Positions 62,612 through 64,000 of a stretch of 64,000 nt of DNA are shown piece by piece. The notes below the pieces were generated by a model, which was not told the origin of the DNA, did no database searches, and saw only the letters and a program-made list of their open reading frames with translations. Both the position numbers and the translations under genes were made by a program. Source of the stretch: an uncultured delta proteobacterium. Its GTDB lineage: Bacteria > Myxococcota > Myxococcia > Myxococcales > Myxococcaceae. The stretch's first letter is position 1; each line of letters starts with the position of its first letter. Location: positions 384,001 through 448,000 of the forward strand of contig CAVZMH010000022.1 in the NCBI GenBank assembly GCA_963776345.1. Direction: 5' to 3'.

Positions 62612-62654
62612 TCGGCGTCCCGCCCGAGGGGCGGGATCGGGAAGGAGCCCAGCC

Positions 62655-64000
62655 ATGAGACTGCAGACCGAGGCGTCGAGGTCGTTCTCCCAACCCGCCA
62701 CCACGGCCTCGGCCCGGACGATCCCGGAGCTGCTCCTGGCGAGGGTCGCCGCCACCCCCGAGGCGCTGGCGTTCCTGCACCCCAAGGGAGAGTCGTGGGC
62801 CTCCATGACCTGGAAGGAGGTCGGGGAGCAAGTGCGGGCGGTGGCGTGCGGGCTCCGCTCCCTCGGTCTGCAGATGGAGCAACGCTGCGCGCTGCTCTCC
62901 AGCACCCGCCTGGAGTGGATCGGGGCGGACCTGGGGACGCTCTGCGCAGGCGGCGCCACCACCACCATCTATCCATCCACCACCGCCGACGACTGCGCCT
63001 ACATCGTCAACGACTCGGGAGCGGTCTTCGTGTTCGCTGAGAACGACGACCAGGTCCAGAAGCTCTCCGCTCGCCGGAGCGACCTCCGGACGGTGAAGAA
63101 GGTGATCGTCATCGACGGGACGCCGAGCGGCGATGGGTGGGTGATCAGGATGGAGGACCTGATGGACCTGGGGCGGGAGGCCGATACCCGCGATCCGGCG
63201 GCGTTCGAGGCCACCGCGCGAAAGGTCCGGGCCACGGACCTGGCGACGCTGATTTACACCTCGGGCACCACCGGCCGGCCCAAGGGAGTGGAGCTGACGC
63301 ACGACGCGTGGATCTACGAGGCGGAGGCCATCGATGCGCTGGGGCTGCTCACCGCGGCCGACGTCCAGTACCTCTGGCTTCCCCTGGCGCACATCTTCGG
63401 CAAGGTGCTCGAGGTGGCGCAACTCCGGATCGGCTTCCTGACCGCGGTCGACGGACGGGTGGAGCGGCTGGTGGACAACCTCCCGAAGGTCCAGCCCACC
63501 TTCATCGCCGCCGTGCCCCGCATCTTTGAGAAGATCTACAACCGGGTGATCGGCACCGCCCGCGACGCGGGCGGGGTGACCTACGCCGTCTTCAAGTGGG
63601 CATTCGGCGTCGGAGCGCAGGTCTCCCGGCTGGTGCAGGCCGGCCGGAAGCCGTGGGGGCTGCTCGCGCTGAAGAACGCCCTCGCCACGCGGCTGGTGTT
63701 CTCCAGGCTACAGGCCCGGTTCGGCGGCCGGCTCCGGTTCTTCGTCTCGGGCAGCGCCCCCCTCTCCCGGACGGTGGCGGAGTTCTTCCACGCGGCCGGG
63801 GTGCTGATCCTCGAGGGCTACGGATTGACCGAGAGCAGCGCGGCGAGCTGCGTGAACGTCCCCGCACGGTACCGGTTCGGGGCCGTGGGCCCGCCCCTGC
63901 CCGGCACCGAGGTGAAGATCGCCGAGGACGGGGAGATCCTCATCCGGAGCCGGGGCGTGATGCGCGGCTACCACGGGCTGCCGGAGCAGACGGCGGAGAC
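62655..64000 (+). CDS. Long-chain fatty acid-CoA ligase (runs off the right edge)
   Basis: Hand-translated: LIYTSGTTGRPKGV, LPLAH, AVPRIFEK, SGSAPL, EGYGLTE, IAEDGEILIR. Confidence 0.92.
   Translation, partial: MRLQTEASRSFSQPATTASARTIPELLLARVAATPEALAFLHPKGESWASMTWKEVGEQVRAVACGLRSLGLQMEQRCALLSSTRLEWIGADLGTLCAGGATTTIYPSTTADDCAYIVNDSGAVFVFAENDDQVQKLSARRSDLRTVKKVIVIDGTPSGDGWVIRMEDLMDLGREADTRDPAAFEATARKVRATDLATLIYTSGTTGRPKGVELTHDAWIYEAEAIDALGLLTAADVQYLWLPLAHIFGKVLEVAQLRIGFLTAVDGRVERLVDNLPKVQPTFIAAVPRIFEKIYNRVIGTARDAGGVTYAVFKWAFGVGAQVSRLVQAGRKPWGLLALKNALATRLVFSRLQARFGGRLRFFVSGSAPLSRTVAEFFHAAGVLILEGYGLTESSAASCVNVPARYRFGAVGPPLPGTEVKIAEDGEILIRSRGVMRGYHGLPEQTAE

Overview
Very GC-rich bacterial DNA, probably myxobacterial (Anaeromyxobacter/Myxococcales-like), inferred from gene content only. 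Left to right: (1) the 5' part of an ElbD-like reductase/acyl-CoA synthetase multidomain gene missing from the ORF track, then two gene remnants. (2) A 12-gene cluster (3161-20764): MMPL transporter, two GT-C glycosyltransferases, DUF3047-like protein, two GMC oxidoreductases, aldehyde dehydrogenase, GH3 amido-ligase, inositol-phosphate synthase (frameshifted), DegT-type aminotransferase, flippase-like protein and aldo/keto reductase. It is the best candidate for an undescribed system, possibly an aminocyclitol/inositol glycolipid pathway. (3) A di-heme protein, ECF sigma factor and Ser/Thr kinase module. (4) A Liv-type ABC operon with an M20 hydrolase. (5) A nine-gene ilv-leu operon with a readable sigma70 promoter, leader peptide and attenuator. 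(6) Two secreted Ig-repeat proteins, one with 15 repeats of 267 bp plus two beta-propellers. (7) Amidohydrolase, CBS, site-2 protease and acyl-CoA ligase genes. Several single-base frameshifts may be sequencing errors. No rRNA, tRNA, CRISPR array or transposase was recognised. All calls come from reading motifs by eye; no database search was run.
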